Sequence record: MG655270.1
Direction: 5' to 3' (one strand)
Length of the DNA stretch: 64,000 nucleotides
Shown: in pieces, positions 1-9,127 of the stretch
How the letters are laid out: every line of letters begins with the position of its first letter
How positions within the stretch are numbered: the first letter of the stretch is position 1
The notes under the pieces: generated by a model
What the model was told of the DNA's origin: nothing
Databases searched by the model: none
The model's input: the letters and a program-made list of their open reading frames with translations, nothing else
Program-made: the position numbers and the translations under genes

Positions 1-317
1 GTCAGCAGAAACTGCAGCAGCTGCTGGGTGAGTCTTTCGTCCTGAAAGCTTACTACGAGCGTGTAGTGATCAACTGGGCATTCATGGATGCTCTGCGTAA
101 AGCAATCACTGCAGCAGGCCTGATCGTGCGTCCGGAAAACACCAACATGCAGTACAACGTACAGAGCTACGGCACGCCAATGGCGCAGCTGTACGGCATG
201 CCTACCAACATCGGCAGCTCACTGCAGCAGGGCGCTTACGCAACCGACAACCAAGGTCGCGTAGTGAACATGGCAGCGTTCCGTACTGGTGGTGCATTCG
301 GTACGTTCAACGGCTAA
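1..317 (+). CDS. chmA: Chimallin (phage nuclear shell protein), C-terminal part; 5' end lies outside the window
   Basis: The frame is open from base 3 (QQKLQQLLGESFVLKAYYERVVINWAFMDALRKAITAAGLIVRPEN...GAFGTFNG). It resembles the chimallin C-terminus as I recall it and sits directly upstream of the nvRNAP beta' N-half, as phiKZ gp54 precedes gp55. Confidence 0.8.
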   Translation, partial: QQKLQQLLGESFVLKAYYERVVINWAFMDALRKAITAAGLIVRPENTNMQYNVQSYGTPMAQLYGMPTNIGSSLQQGAYATDNQGRVVNMAAFRTGGAFGTFNG

Positions 318-349
318 TCCGGCGTTGTAAGCAAGCAGTAACATGAACG

Positions 350-382
350 GGTAGGCGGGAAACCGCCTACCTTGTTTATGCC
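350..382 (+). terminator. Hairpin + TTATGCC element after chmA
   Basis: GGTAGGCGG-GAAA-CCGCCTACC, then TTGT and TTATGCC. Confidence 0.7.
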
Positions 383-422
383 CACTTTATTTTTTAGTAG
401 TACGTAAAAAGGAAAACCGGTA

Positions 423-1910
423 ATGATGCATGAAATGCAAGCAGCGCAACCGGCACTCGTGCAAGAAGGTGGTTTGACGGCCGTTGTGGGAAACCATGAC
501 CAACACTTCTTCATGTTGTCGCGTCCACCCATCATTGCTAACGACTATGACCTCTCGATCGAAGCTGACCGACAAGCCCTGAATAACCATCTGCGGGTGA
601 GTTATGATACGGACATGTTCAGTGTCAAGCCGAAGTGTCAGTGTGGGCATACCAGCGGCGGTGATAAAGTTGGAAAGCTGTGTGTAAAGTGCGGCACGAA
701 GGTCACCACTGTAACCGAAGAAGAGATTGAGTCTCAGCTCTGGTTACGCAAGCCTGAAGGTGTAAAGGGCTTCATTAACCCACAGTTATGGTTATTGTTC
801 TTTGAACCGTTTAATGTCAAAGGGTTCAATCCGATGGAGTGGTTTGCAGACCGTTCCTATACTCCAGCCAAGGGGGGTATGGATTACAAGAACAAAGATG
901 TGTACAAAGTCTGTGCGGACATGGGTATCGAACGAGGCATAAACTCCTTGTACGATAACTTTGACGCTATCGTAACAAACCTACTTAACTCTCCGGTCGT
1001 GCGTGATCAGGTCACGTCACAAGAAGTGCTGCGTCAACGTTCTGATTTGTTTATTAAATACCGTGATCGTTTCTTCTGTGAACACTTACCGATGCCCTCC
1101 AAGCTGATGTTTGTGGTGGAATCCAATGCAACCGGTCGCTATGCTGCCCCTGAGATGAAACTGGCTCTGGATGCAGCGTTGACCGTCTGTTCAGCAAAAC
1201 GCCAACTGCATACGGTGCGGGATGTGCGCTTTAATGAAAGCATTGCGATTAAAGTGGTCCGTCAGATCTCGAAGTTCTATGCGACACATGACAGTGACAA
1301 CTTTGCGGGTAAGTTAGGGTTACTGCGTAAGAATATTGCCGGGGCAAAACATCCGTGGACTGGTCGTTGTGTGATTACCTCGCATACTGGCGATCATGAC
1401 ATGGATGAAGTGATCCTACCACGTTGTTTGGCGATCCCGATGTTGAAATACCACATCATCAACAAACTGCGTCGTCGGAACTACACCCCAACACAATGCC
1501 TCAAACTGATCCAGGCGGGTATTAAGCAAACCATCCCAGTGATCGATGAGGTGTTAGATGAACTCCTCGCAGAAAGCCCTACAGCGTCGATACGGGTATA
1601 TGTGCAACGAAACCCAACCCTGCGTTGGTTATCGAACCGCCGGTTCCATTGCCGAACCATCAACCGTGATCCAAATGACATCAGTATCCGTATCAGTACC
1701 TTATCTATCAAATCCTCGAATGCGGACTTTGATGGCGATGAACTGAACGTGATGTTACAACTGGATAACGTCTCAGCGAACTATGCGGAAGCGTTCGGTT
1801 CACACAACTGTGTGCTGGACATGAACACCCCGCTGAAGATCTCTGGTGACGTGGGCCTGCCGGGTACATTGATCTCGACCATGAACCGTTGGATGTACAG
1901 TAACGACTAA
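423..1910 (+). CDS. Non-virion RNA polymerase beta' subunit, N-terminal half (phiKZ gp55-like)
   Basis: Catalytic NADFDGDE motif, N-terminal Zn finger (CQCG...CVKC), and GKLGLLRKNIAG...GRCVIT and QRNPTL motifs. Confidence 0.93.
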   Translation: MMHEMQAAQPALVQEGGLTAVVGNHDQHFFMLSRPPIIANDYDLSIEADRQALNNHLRVSYDTDMFSVKPKCQCGHTSGGDKVGKLCVKCGTKVTTVTEEEIESQLWLRKPEGVKGFINPQLWLLFFEPFNVKGFNPMEWFADRSYTPAKGGMDYKNKDVYKVCADMGIERGINSLYDNFDAIVTNLLNSPVVRDQVTSQEVLRQRSDLFIKYRDRFFCEHLPMPSKLMFVVESNATGRYAAPEMKLALDAALTVCSAKRQLHTVRDVRFNESIAIKVVRQISKFYATHDSDNFAGKLGLLRKNIAGAKHPWTGRCVITSHTGDHDMDEVILPRCLAIPMLKYHIINKLRRRNYTPTQCLKLIQAGIKQTIPVIDEVLDELLAESPTASIRVYVQRNPTLRWLSNRRFHCRTINRDPNDISIRISTLSIKSSNADFDGDELNVMLQLDNVSANYAEAFGSHNCVLDMNTPLKISGDVGLPGTLISTMNRWMYSND

Positions 1911-1916
1911 ACTTAT

Positions 1917-1938
1917 GGCCAGGGGTAATTCCCTGGCC
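1917..1938 (+). terminator. Hairpin after nvRNAP beta'N
   Basis: GGCCAGGG-GTAATT-CCCTGGCC. Confidence 0.6.
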
Positions 1939-1961
1939 TTATTACCGACGGGATATTTTTT

Positions 1962-2609
1962 ATGGATAATTTGCTCGAAAGGGGACGGTTTCTTCTTGAG
2001 AACACCGCAGCCGCCATGAACCCTTATCCTTACACGATCATTTTCGTCACCACCCCAATGGATTGGGATGCCGTGGTCACTGCCATGCATGCTAATGATC
2101 CTGCAGCAAACATCATTAAACATAAAGGACAGTTCACGACCCAACGTGATTACCAATATGTCATTTATCGAGATGAACATTGGTATATCGCTGCCGCGAA
2201 CATGGGAAGTCTACCTTACAACCATTACTACACCGGTGCGATGCTCGGCATTGCCATGGACCTGGGGCATGAGATTATTATCGATATCAGCAACCGCATC
2301 GGGAATGACGCGACTGCGGCCCCAGCGATAACGGCGATCATGCACGATTGGTTTATGGTTAACTGGCGGGAAGCTGTGTGCGTGACCCACGAGAACTACC
2401 TGGCGTTTATTCCGGACGATGATTACTTGTACTTGAGTAACAACAAAAAGATACTCGGGCAGGTGATTCGCGCACAAGAACAACTGGGATCACCTTTAGC
2501 ATTGACGTCGGCGTTACAGCGTGAGTGTCAACGTCTGATGAACACCCAGGTGGTGATCGCACCCACAGGCTGGAACGCTACTACGTATTACAGCGGAGGT
2601 GAGGTATGA
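1962..2609 (+). CDS. Hypothetical protein, degenerate HExxH-family paralog 1
   Basis: Aligns by eye with the next two ORFs (IIFVT..DWD.V, HKGQFT, L.RE...MN..VVI...GW..TTY). The motif reads HEIII. Confidence 0.75.
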   Translation: MDNLLERGRFLLENTAAAMNPYPYTIIFVTTPMDWDAVVTAMHANDPAANIIKHKGQFTTQRDYQYVIYRDEHWYIAAANMGSLPYNHYYTGAMLGIAMDLGHEIIIDISNRIGNDATAAPAITAIMHDWFMVNWREAVCVTHENYLAFIPDDDYLYLSNNKKILGQVIRAQEQLGSPLALTSALQRECQRLMNTQVVIAPTGWNATTYYSGGEV

Positions 2610-3283
2610 CGTTTGCTGAAGCTGAACAGTATATTTACAGTCTCAGTCAAGACGGCGGGGTCTATAAACAAGGGTTCATCTTTGTGTTTGATCCCGAGTC
2701 GTGGGATAAGGTGAACAGGGCGTTGGATATCCTGGACAATAACCGCGGGATCTGGGGGAAGAACGTTGGACAGTTCACCACCGCCGGCATGACGTCCTAC
2801 GGGCCGGTGTCAGCGAGGCTTAAAGGGTATATCGTTATTGCCGTCCATTTCACGGGTGAGCGTAAGCTGTTCAATCCAGGGTATCTGCAGCATGTGTTGA
2901 ATACCGCCACCCATGAGTTGGTCCATGCTGCTCAGTTCGCTGTTCGGGCGCAGAGCTACCATGATCCGTTGATTGCTGTAGAACCACTGGCTTACCTGAC
3001 CGGTTGGTTAATGGAGAAATGGATTTATGCAGTGTGGGAGAAGTTTAACGTCACCATCTCAGTAACCCCTGCTACTACCGGTCCACTGTCGTACAACATC
3101 CTGTTTGACCTGTTGTATCGGTTCAATGAACAGCGGCTGGCGCACCGGATGGGTGATCTCACCATGACACAGATTCAGAGTGCTTTAGTTAGGGAGTCGA
3201 TTAACAGCTTGAATAACGTGGCAGTGGTAAACGATATCGGTTGGTCATCAACGACGTATCTTGATGGAGTTAACAAGAAATGA
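2606..3283 (+). CDS. Putative zinc metallopeptidase-like protein, HExxH paralog 2
   Basis: ATHELVH followed by EPLAYL; ATGA overlap with the previous ORF. Confidence 0.7.
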   Translation: MTFAEAEQYIYSLSQDGGVYKQGFIFVFDPESWDKVNRALDILDNNRGIWGKNVGQFTTAGMTSYGPVSARLKGYIVIAVHFTGERKLFNPGYLQHVLNTATHELVHAAQFAVRAQSYHDPLIAVEPLAYLTGWLMEKWIYAVWEKFNVTISVTPATTGPLSYNILFDLLYRFNEQRLAHRMGDLTMTQIQSALVRESINSLNNVAVVNDIGWSSTTYLDGVNKK

Positions 3284-3906
3284 AGATGCCGGTCAGTCAG
3301 TATGTAGATAAGTTTCTATTAAGGCTGTTCCCTTATCCGCGGCATTTTATCTTTGTCACCAGTGTTGCGGATTTTGATGCGGTGGTTACCGAACTGGCAC
3401 GTCGGCAGACTGCGGCTGGGATTAGCAATAAATGGCTGAGTCACAGAGGGCATTTCAAAGGGAATGGGATTTGTGCTTCGGGGAATCAGATCTGTGTATT
3501 AGGTGCGCTTTATGATACCGGCACGCAGCTCAGCCCAGCTAACATCGCCGGGACGATCGGTACCATGCAACATGAAATCCAACACATGTTACTGCATACC
3601 TGTGCGCAGATTGGTTATAACCCGATGCGCGAACACGAACCGTTTACGTATTTAACGAAGTGGGTGTTTGAGTTGTTCCTGGCGTTTATGCGTAATTACC
3701 ACGGCGTGATGATCACCGATGTGCAGCGGCAAGATACTGGTATGCTGAGTCGGTTGCAGAAGGGAGGGGCTTTTGAGTTACTGCACGCCCTGCCCGTTGA
3801 AAATGTTCGAGATTCATTAGCAAGAGAATCCCGTGCATTATTAAACAACGCGGTGGTCGTCAGCCCTATTGGCGCATCCCGTTCCACAACCTATTTCGAA
3901 TTATAA
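3280..3906 (+). CDS. Putative zinc metallopeptidase-like protein, HExxH paralog 3
   Basis: MQHEIQH followed by EPFTYL; ATGA overlap. Confidence 0.7.
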   Translation: MKMPVSQYVDKFLLRLFPYPRHFIFVTSVADFDAVVTELARRQTAAGISNKWLSHRGHFKGNGICASGNQICVLGALYDTGTQLSPANIAGTIGTMQHEIQHMLLHTCAQIGYNPMREHEPFTYLTKWVFELFLAFMRNYHGVMITDVQRQDTGMLSRLQKGGAFELLHALPVENVRDSLARESRALLNNAVVVSPIGASRSTTYFEL

Positions 3907-3913
3907 TTAACCC

Positions 3914-3931
3914 GGCCAGGGAAACCTGGCC
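3914..3931 (+). terminator. Hairpin after the HExxH trio
   Basis: GGCCAGG-GAAA-CCTGGCC followed by TGTATG. Confidence 0.6.
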
Positions 3932-3954
3932 TGTATGTCAAAAAGGAAAGTAAC

Positions 3955-4656
3955 ATGGGTATGTATACCGGCGTCTCATTTCGTTTGAAGGTCAGAAAAA
4001 ATGCACCCTTGCCGGTGTTAGAGTTCATGGATAAGTTCTTCATGGAAGGTGAAACACTGCAAGCAGTGAAAGACCTACAGAAAGAAACGGGTATCCAGTT
4101 CCAATCCACAGCCATTGCATTACCGGGTGATCAGTTTCATTACAGTGAAATTGCCGATATGACCATGATGGTTCGCGGGCACTCTTCCAGTTTTGAAAGC
4201 TGGTACTGGCGTGTTAAAGAAGATAAGGGCGATTACTGGTTGTATGAAACCCGCGCCAATACCAAACGCCCTCACCATGACCTGGCCGCCAACCTTATCC
4301 AGGCATTATTACCATGTCTGGTTATCGAAGAAGGTGAGGTGGTGCTGCGCTCCATTTATGAAGACAGCGCCCAAGAACGCGTTCTGGCATTGGTAAATGG
4401 CAAGATTATTGAGGAACGTGGTTATGAGTACGAGGATGAATACAATAGCCCGTGGAATGAAAAGGCTCCAATAGATTATGTCAAGGGTGATTTTGGTGCA
4501 ATTGCACATATTCGCATCACCGAGGAAGAAGAGTTCACGCCACCTTGGACTTTACAGGAACTGCGGGCCGGTGAAGAAAAAGCACGGTTAGAGAAAGAAG
4601 CCGAGCATGAACGGATACGAGCAGAGGGTGGTGGTTTCGGTTTCGGTGGTTGGTAG
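3955..4656 (+). CDS. Hypothetical phage protein
   Basis: 233-aa ORF with RBS AAGGAA; acidic C-terminal third. Confidence 0.75.
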   Translation: MGMYTGVSFRLKVRKNAPLPVLEFMDKFFMEGETLQAVKDLQKETGIQFQSTAIALPGDQFHYSEIADMTMMVRGHSSSFESWYWRVKEDKGDYWLYETRANTKRPHHDLAANLIQALLPCLVIEEGEVVLRSIYEDSAQERVLALVNGKIIEERGYEYEDEYNSPWNEKAPIDYVKGDFGAIAHIRITEEEEFTPPWTLQELRAGEEKARLEKEAEHERIRAEGGGFGFGGW

Positions 4657-4721
4657 TTTTAATTAATTTAACCTGACGTACAGCACAGCAAACAATAATC
4701 CAATTTAAATAAGGGTAGTTT

Positions 4722-5423
4722 ATGAACGGTATGAAGATGATGATTGGTTCCCTGCCACTGAGCAGCATGATGGGTGGTAGTCGTTCAGACGCAGGGACTT
4801 TCAATCCTGCACCGCACGCTGCCCCTTTCCGCGCAGTTGGTGAGTACATCGCAGATGCGGCATTTGAGGATCGTGGGGTATTGGTTTCTGCAGACGGGAT
4901 CGTTGCTACTGTGCGCGCCAAAAAGATGACCTTCCAGGAAGCCGCAGATGCCCGCGGTGCAGCCACCGGACTGTATGCCATTATGTTCCCAGTCACTAAC
5001 GGGGCGAAAGACGATACTGTCGTGATCACCACTACCAGTCAGGATGTGTTGTTTAACTTACTGGCAGTTGAAGATCTCCCTGATGAACTGTTTGTGCAGT
5101 TTGGTCTGGCAACGAATGCCGCCGCGGTGAAAGCCATGACCAATGACAACAACGACCATATCCGGGTACTGTCCAATGCCGGCGGTATCGCCCCAAGCAA
5201 TACCTCACCGTCCCATTTGATTGTGGATAAGCAGCGCAATCTGATCATTGGTCATATTGTAAAAGAAGGTGATGATCAAGCAGACTTCAGTATCTTCGCC
5301 GCCTCACGTAAATCCAAATCATCACAGGACTACATTATCAACGTGAGTACCGATGATAGTGATATCATCAAGCATATCGTCCAGGCTACAGTGGAAGAGA
5401 TTGCACTGGGAGACGCGGTCTAG
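4722..5423 (+). CDS. Hypothetical protein
   Basis: 233-aa ORF with RBS AAGGG; colinear with its neighbours. Confidence 0.7.
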   Translation: MNGMKMMIGSLPLSSMMGGSRSDAGTFNPAPHAAPFRAVGEYIADAAFEDRGVLVSADGIVATVRAKKMTFQEAADARGAATGLYAIMFPVTNGAKDDTVVITTTSQDVLFNLLAVEDLPDELFVQFGLATNAAAVKAMTNDNNDHIRVLSNAGGIAPSNTSPSHLIVDKQRNLIIGHIVKEGDDQADFSIFAASRKSKSSQDYIINVSTDDSDIIKHIVQATVEEIALGDAV

Positions 5424-5491
5424 TCTGTAATTGCAGACAAAACCGGCGGATGATATAGCACCAGAAATTAACCGGAAGTAGGAGTAAAAGA

Positions 5492-6139
5492 ATGTCAGTC
5501 ATGACAGGTGGTTTTGGCGCAATCAATGCGCTAATGTCCAACGGCCGCCCGACTCAGGGTGCCATGGAGTATTTTAACAATCAGTATCAGGGCATGCTGC
5601 AAGCAGCGCAGCAAGTGGGTAGTGTGGCGATGCAGCAGATCTATCAGATCGCAACACACACCTATGAGAACCTGATGCAGACCCGTCCGTGGGAACTGGC
5701 AGAAGCAGCGTTGCGTCAAACAGTGCACATGTTTGACCCGAACACGGTTCGTCAGCTTCTCAACCTGGCTGATATGCAAACCGCCAAACCGATCATGCAG
5801 CGGTGGGTGATGGCGCAACCGGATATCCGTCAGATGTATCATCAGCAGCGCATCGATGGTTACAGCGAAACGTATGAAGATGCCCAACCAGGGATGGTAG
5901 GTACAGACCATTATGATTATCGTCGTGCAGCAAACGGCATGTTGCAGTTTGCACACACTGAAGAGGTGCCGATGGCGTCTTGGCAGGCGACGACCTATTA
6001 TGAGCGTCTGGTAGAAGGTGATAACGAACTGTCGTTCCATGAGAAGCGTGACATCCATGTAACCTGGGATGCGTGTCTGAATCTGATGAACACACAGGCG
6101 TATGATCCAACCTCCATCTTCAACATGAAGCTGGCGTAA
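5492..6139 (+). CDS. Conserved Chimalliviridae core protein (position of phiKZ gp59; possibly Imp3-like)
   Basis: Strong RBS AGGAG and 215 aa. The gp59/Imp3 equivalence is a synteny inference only. Confidence 0.6.
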   Translation: MSVMTGGFGAINALMSNGRPTQGAMEYFNNQYQGMLQAAQQVGSVAMQQIYQIATHTYENLMQTRPWELAEAALRQTVHMFDPNTVRQLLNLADMQTAKPIMQRWVMAQPDIRQMYHQQRIDGYSETYEDAQPGMVGTDHYDYRRAANGMLQFAHTEEVPMASWQATTYYERLVEGDNELSFHEKRDIHVTWDACLNLMNTQAYDPTSIFNMKLA

Positions 6140-6147
6140 GTTAATCG

Positions 6148-6175
6148 GAGGAGGGGTAGCCCTCCTCTTATGCCG
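6148..6175 (+). terminator. Hairpin + TTATGCCG element
   Basis: GAGGAGGG-GTAG-CCCTCCTC-TTATGCCG. Confidence 0.7.
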
Positions 6176-6187
6176 TTTGAGGGTAGC

Positions 6188-6412
6188 ATGGCAAAAAAGG
6201 AACTCACGATGAAGCGACTTCAGATAGACATCTCTGAACAGGGCTTTAGCAAACTTAATGCACTCAAGGTGAAAATGGAAACCACTGCCATGGGTAGCGT
6301 TGTCAGCCGCGCCTTATCGATTACCGATCGTTTGTTCACCGCCAAGGAGAAAGGCAGTAAGATCCTGATCGTGGATAAAGATGGTAATGTCACCGAAATC
6401 GAATTACTGTAG
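6188..6412 (+). CDS. Ribbon-helix-helix (CopG/Arc-like) DNA-binding protein
   Basis: KRLQIDISEQGFSKLNALK...MGSVVSRAL fits the beta-strand/helix/helix RHH pattern. Start placed at ATG 6188 after GAGGG. Confidence 0.7.
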   Translation: MAKKELTMKRLQIDISEQGFSKLNALKVKMETTAMGSVVSRALSITDRLFTAKEKGSKILIVDKDGNVTEIELL

Positions 6413-6420
6413 AGGTTAAC

Positions 6421-6648
6421 ATGGCTTGGTCCAAACGCCGTGCAAAGAAACGCATCATTCACTTACGTGGTTTTCATTATCGTGTTCAATCACGTAGTAT
6501 CGCAATCTGGGAGCAGTATCGCGAATATCATCAAAATCGACCATTTGGATCTGGCGTTGGTTTATTGATGTTACTTGACCCTGAAACTGGTTGTCCAATA
6601 GGAGCTCATCGTGGCCTTAAGCAAAACAAAAATAAAGCGTCGTACTAA
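6421..6648 (+). CDS. Small basic hypothetical protein
   Basis: RBS GAGG; Arg/Lys-rich N-terminus. Confidence 0.55.
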   Translation: MAWSKRRAKKRIIHLRGFHYRVQSRSIAIWEQYREYHQNRPFGSGVGLLMLLDPETGCPIGAHRGLKQNKNKASY

Positions 6649-6895
6649 TGCGCTGTATAACTACAAAACGCTGGTTGAACGCATTAGCTATAAATGCATG
6701 ATAGCGCACATTGATGCTCAGGGTATCAAGCTTGAATTGAACCGCACGGGTTCGTCAATTAAAAGTGAAGACATTCCTGCTGCAAAAGAAGCCCGTCTTG
6801 CATTGAAACGCGAAATCGTCCGTCTGCGGAATATCCAGGGGCGTCGTCGTATCGTGAATGCCGGTAAGATCAAAGCGGCAATCAGCCAGTATTAA
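6611..6895 (+). CDS. Small basic hypothetical protein
   Basis: 94-aa ORF ending just before a canonical terminator; start uncertain. Confidence 0.55.
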   Translation: MALSKTKIKRRTNALYNYKTLVERISYKCMIAHIDAQGIKLELNRTGSSIKSEDIPAAKEARLALKREIVRLRNIQGRRRIVNAGKIKAAISQY

Positions 6896-6898
6896 TAG

Positions 6899-6927
6899 AA
6901 GGGACTTCGGTCCCTTTATTTTTTTTT
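6899..6927 (+). terminator. Canonical intrinsic terminator
   Basis: AAGGGAC-TTCG-GTCCCTT followed by a T tract. Confidence 0.85.
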
Positions 6928-6955
6928 GTCTTGAATAATGAAATTTTTACGCTGT

Positions 6956-6988
6956 AGAAAATCTTAGACCTATATAACGGCACTGATA
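6956..6988 (+). promoter_or_regulatory. Phage (probably early, vRNAP) promoter, copy 1
   Basis: AGAAAATCTTAGACCTATATAACGGCACTGATA matches copies 2 and 3. Confidence 0.75.
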
Positions 6989-7018
6989 GAGTAATCTAAA
7001 TTAACTTGTGGAGTCGTC

Positions 7019-7549
7019 ATGAAAAACACTACTTTTCTAATTGAGACCCTGAAACGTACCTTGGAAGAGCTGGACCAGGCAACGTTATCAACTGAAGAAA
7101 AAATTGAATTAACCACCATGGTTGAGAAAGAACATTTTGCTAAGCTGTTCGGTGTCCGCGCAGAAGAAACCACTCAGTTAAGTGAGCGCGATTTCTCTAA
7201 ACTGACCGGTTATCAGTACAACAGTGTTTACGCGGGGTTAGATTTGGTTGGTAATTTTGACTGGGTGATCACGGCGGATGGCACAGTCGTAACAAGAGAA
7301 ATGCCTCATCACGGCAGTAACCATTGGTTGCCACCGCGCAGGCAATTTATATTCAGACTGATCGATGAAGGTCGTGAAATATTTAATGAAGGCACTAGAC
7401 TGCTTGTTATCAGAATTGAGAACACCATCACCAAAGAGGTCTTTTCAATTAACTTTGAAGTTGCTGATATTCAAATCGGCAGTGCGGTTGTTAAAATGGT
7501 TGAGCGTTATCTGTTCGATTATTACAGGGTCAGCGTCAAGAAACTGTAA
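7019..7549 (+). CDS. Early hypothetical protein
   Basis: Follows the promoter motif at 6956-6988; RBS GGAG. Confidence 0.75.
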   Translation: MKNTTFLIETLKRTLEELDQATLSTEEKIELTTMVEKEHFAKLFGVRAEETTQLSERDFSKLTGYQYNSVYAGLDLVGNFDWVITADGTVVTREMPHHGSNHWLPPRRQFIFRLIDEGREIFNEGTRLLVIRIENTITKEVFSINFEVADIQIGSAVVKMVERYLFDYYRVSVKKL

Positions 7550-7561
7550 AATATGAGTTGC

Positions 7562-7594
7562 AGAAAATCTCAGACCTATATGACTGTGGTGATA
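7562..7594 (+). promoter_or_regulatory. Phage (probably early) promoter, copy 2
   Basis: AGAAAATCTCAGACCTATATGACTGTGGTGATA. Confidence 0.75.
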
Positions 7595-7640
7595 AAGAGT
7601 AGTAAATACTCTTACCCTCACTCTACTTAGGAGTTTACTC

Positions 7641-7937
7641 ATGAGCACTGTCTTCGAATACCGCAACATTATTAAAGATGCTCGTGCTAAAATTGCTGAG
7701 CTTGAAGAAAAGATCGTGAAACTTCGTAAGAAGCAAACACGAGTAGATAACAAATACGGCAGTTGTAATAGCTTTGCTGAACTCTCTGCAAACCTGCGAG
7801 AGTCTACCCGGTTTGACAGAGCGATTGCTGAAATAAAAACTGAAATCGGTGAACTCGATAAATTAATTTATCGTACTGGTGAACTACTCATCGCTGCGTA
7901 TAACAAATCAACCAACATGCAACCTATTGGTTGGTAA
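7641..7937 (+). CDS. Early hypothetical coiled-coil protein
   Basis: Follows the promoter motif at 7562-7594; RBS AGGAG; heptad-like sequence. Confidence 0.75.
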   Translation: MSTVFEYRNIIKDARAKIAELEEKIVKLRKKQTRVDNKYGSCNSFAELSANLRESTRFDRAIAEIKTEIGELDKLIYRTGELLIAAYNKSTNMQPIGW

Positions 7938-7978
7938 CTAACATCAATTTAATTTAACCTATTGTAAGGATCACCATC

Positions 7979-8269
7979 ATGACTGTAACTTTCTCTCAGC
8001 AAATGCAGGTTGTCGAATCTATCGCTGTGATGCAGGAAAAAGCAATGGAACTGCAAGTTGCTACCAAAGCGTGTTACGACGAAGTCACCCGTCTGGCCAA
8101 CCGACTGGCTGACATCAACGATCCACTCGGCTTTCAGAAAGCCTATGAAGAATATCGTGCCAAGCTGGCAGAAGCGGATGTATTAGCCGATGCTACTCGC
8201 CTGGCTTACAACATGTCAGACGCTGCACTGAAAACCATCCTGGGTGAAGCTAACCCAACCTTTCATTAA
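7979..8269 (+). CDS. Early hypothetical helical protein
   Basis: RBS AAGGA; 96 aa. Confidence 0.7.
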   Translation: MTVTFSQQMQVVESIAVMQEKAMELQVATKACYDEVTRLANRLADINDPLGFQKAYEEYRAKLAEADVLADATRLAYNMSDAALKTILGEANPTFH

Positions 8270-8308
8270 TAGTTAATTACTCATCGTCATTACGCCTCGG
8301 AGAAACTC

Positions 8309-8518
8309 ATGAGCGATTTTATTAGCAACCTGTTCGAAATCGCTATTGCAGTTTTTTCTGTAGTGGCGATGGTTAAATTGATTAAATCTGATAATGCCTA
8401 TAGTGCAGAAACAGTTCGTATCATCGATGCTTGCGTTTCTTTACATGAAGGGCAAGTGATTCAGGGCGAAGTGGTTAACACCAAAGCCCACACAACCAAC
8501 TTATACATCACCCATTAA
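8309..8518 (+). CDS. Small hypothetical membrane-anchored protein
   Basis: RBS GGAG; hydrophobic N-terminal stretch (LFEIAIAVFSVVAMV). Confidence 0.65.
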   Translation: MSDFISNLFEIAIAVFSVVAMVKLIKSDNAYSAETVRIIDACVSLHEGQVIQGEVVNTKAHTTNLYITH

Positions 8519-8540
8519 TCTACTTGTAAGGAATACACCT

Positions 8541-9002
8541 ATGTCAAACTCTATGTTCATCTGCCTGTCACTGTTAGCGGTTATCTCTGTCTCTGGTGGT
8601 ATCGCCTTTGCTAAGAGCCTGTCACCGACCCATGCCATGATGACCGCCTTTGCTTACTTACGTGAGCAACTCGGTGATGACGCAGCACAGTACGAATACG
8701 ATAAACGCTCACACCTTCTTTGCATGACAAACCTGGTGGAAACTAACTATGCCCTGGTCTGCGGTAAGCACTTTGAACGCGCAGAACAAAAACGTGCATG
8801 GTTAGTTAAGGAAGCAGAAGAGATCCAGCTCACCCCGCGTCAACAACTGATGCTACTGGACTCCTTACTGAACCTGAACACCCGTCCTGAACAAGCAAAG
8901 AAAATTGTTAAAGTACGTTCAACCAAAGAGATCGTTGACTTGGCTGCGCAGTATGCGAGCGACAACCGTCGTATCGAAGCTCCGCTGGCCTTGTTCCGCT
9001 AA
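8541..9002 (+). CDS. Hypothetical protein with N-terminal TM/signal segment
   Basis: RBS AAGGAA; hydrophobic MFICLSLLAVISVSGGIAFA. Confidence 0.7.
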   Translation: MSNSMFICLSLLAVISVSGGIAFAKSLSPTHAMMTAFAYLREQLGDDAAQYEYDKRSHLLCMTNLVETNYALVCGKHFERAEQKRAWLVKEAEEIQLTPRQQLMLLDSLLNLNTRPEQAKKIVKVRSTKEIVDLAAQYASDNRRIEAPLALFR

Positions 9003-9036
9003 TGTAAGCTGTAGTGTATTGGTCACCTCATGACCG

Positions 9037-9069
9037 GAGCTCACCCTAACCGGTGGGCTCTTTTTTTTT
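9037..9069 (+). terminator. Canonical intrinsic terminator closing the early cassette
   Basis: GAGCTCACC-CTAACC-GGTGGGCTC followed by T9. Confidence 0.85.
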
Positions 9070-9127
9070 GTCTTCTTTTTTTTTTGTTCGGGGATTATAT
9101 GTAGTCCATATTAGCTAAGAGGACATT

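Noticed and set aside
423-1910. Cellular rpoC or a prophage in a bacterial chromosome
   Set aside because: The RNAP is split into short divergent pieces in phiKZ-like synteny; no cellular housekeeping genes, integrase or att sites are seen.
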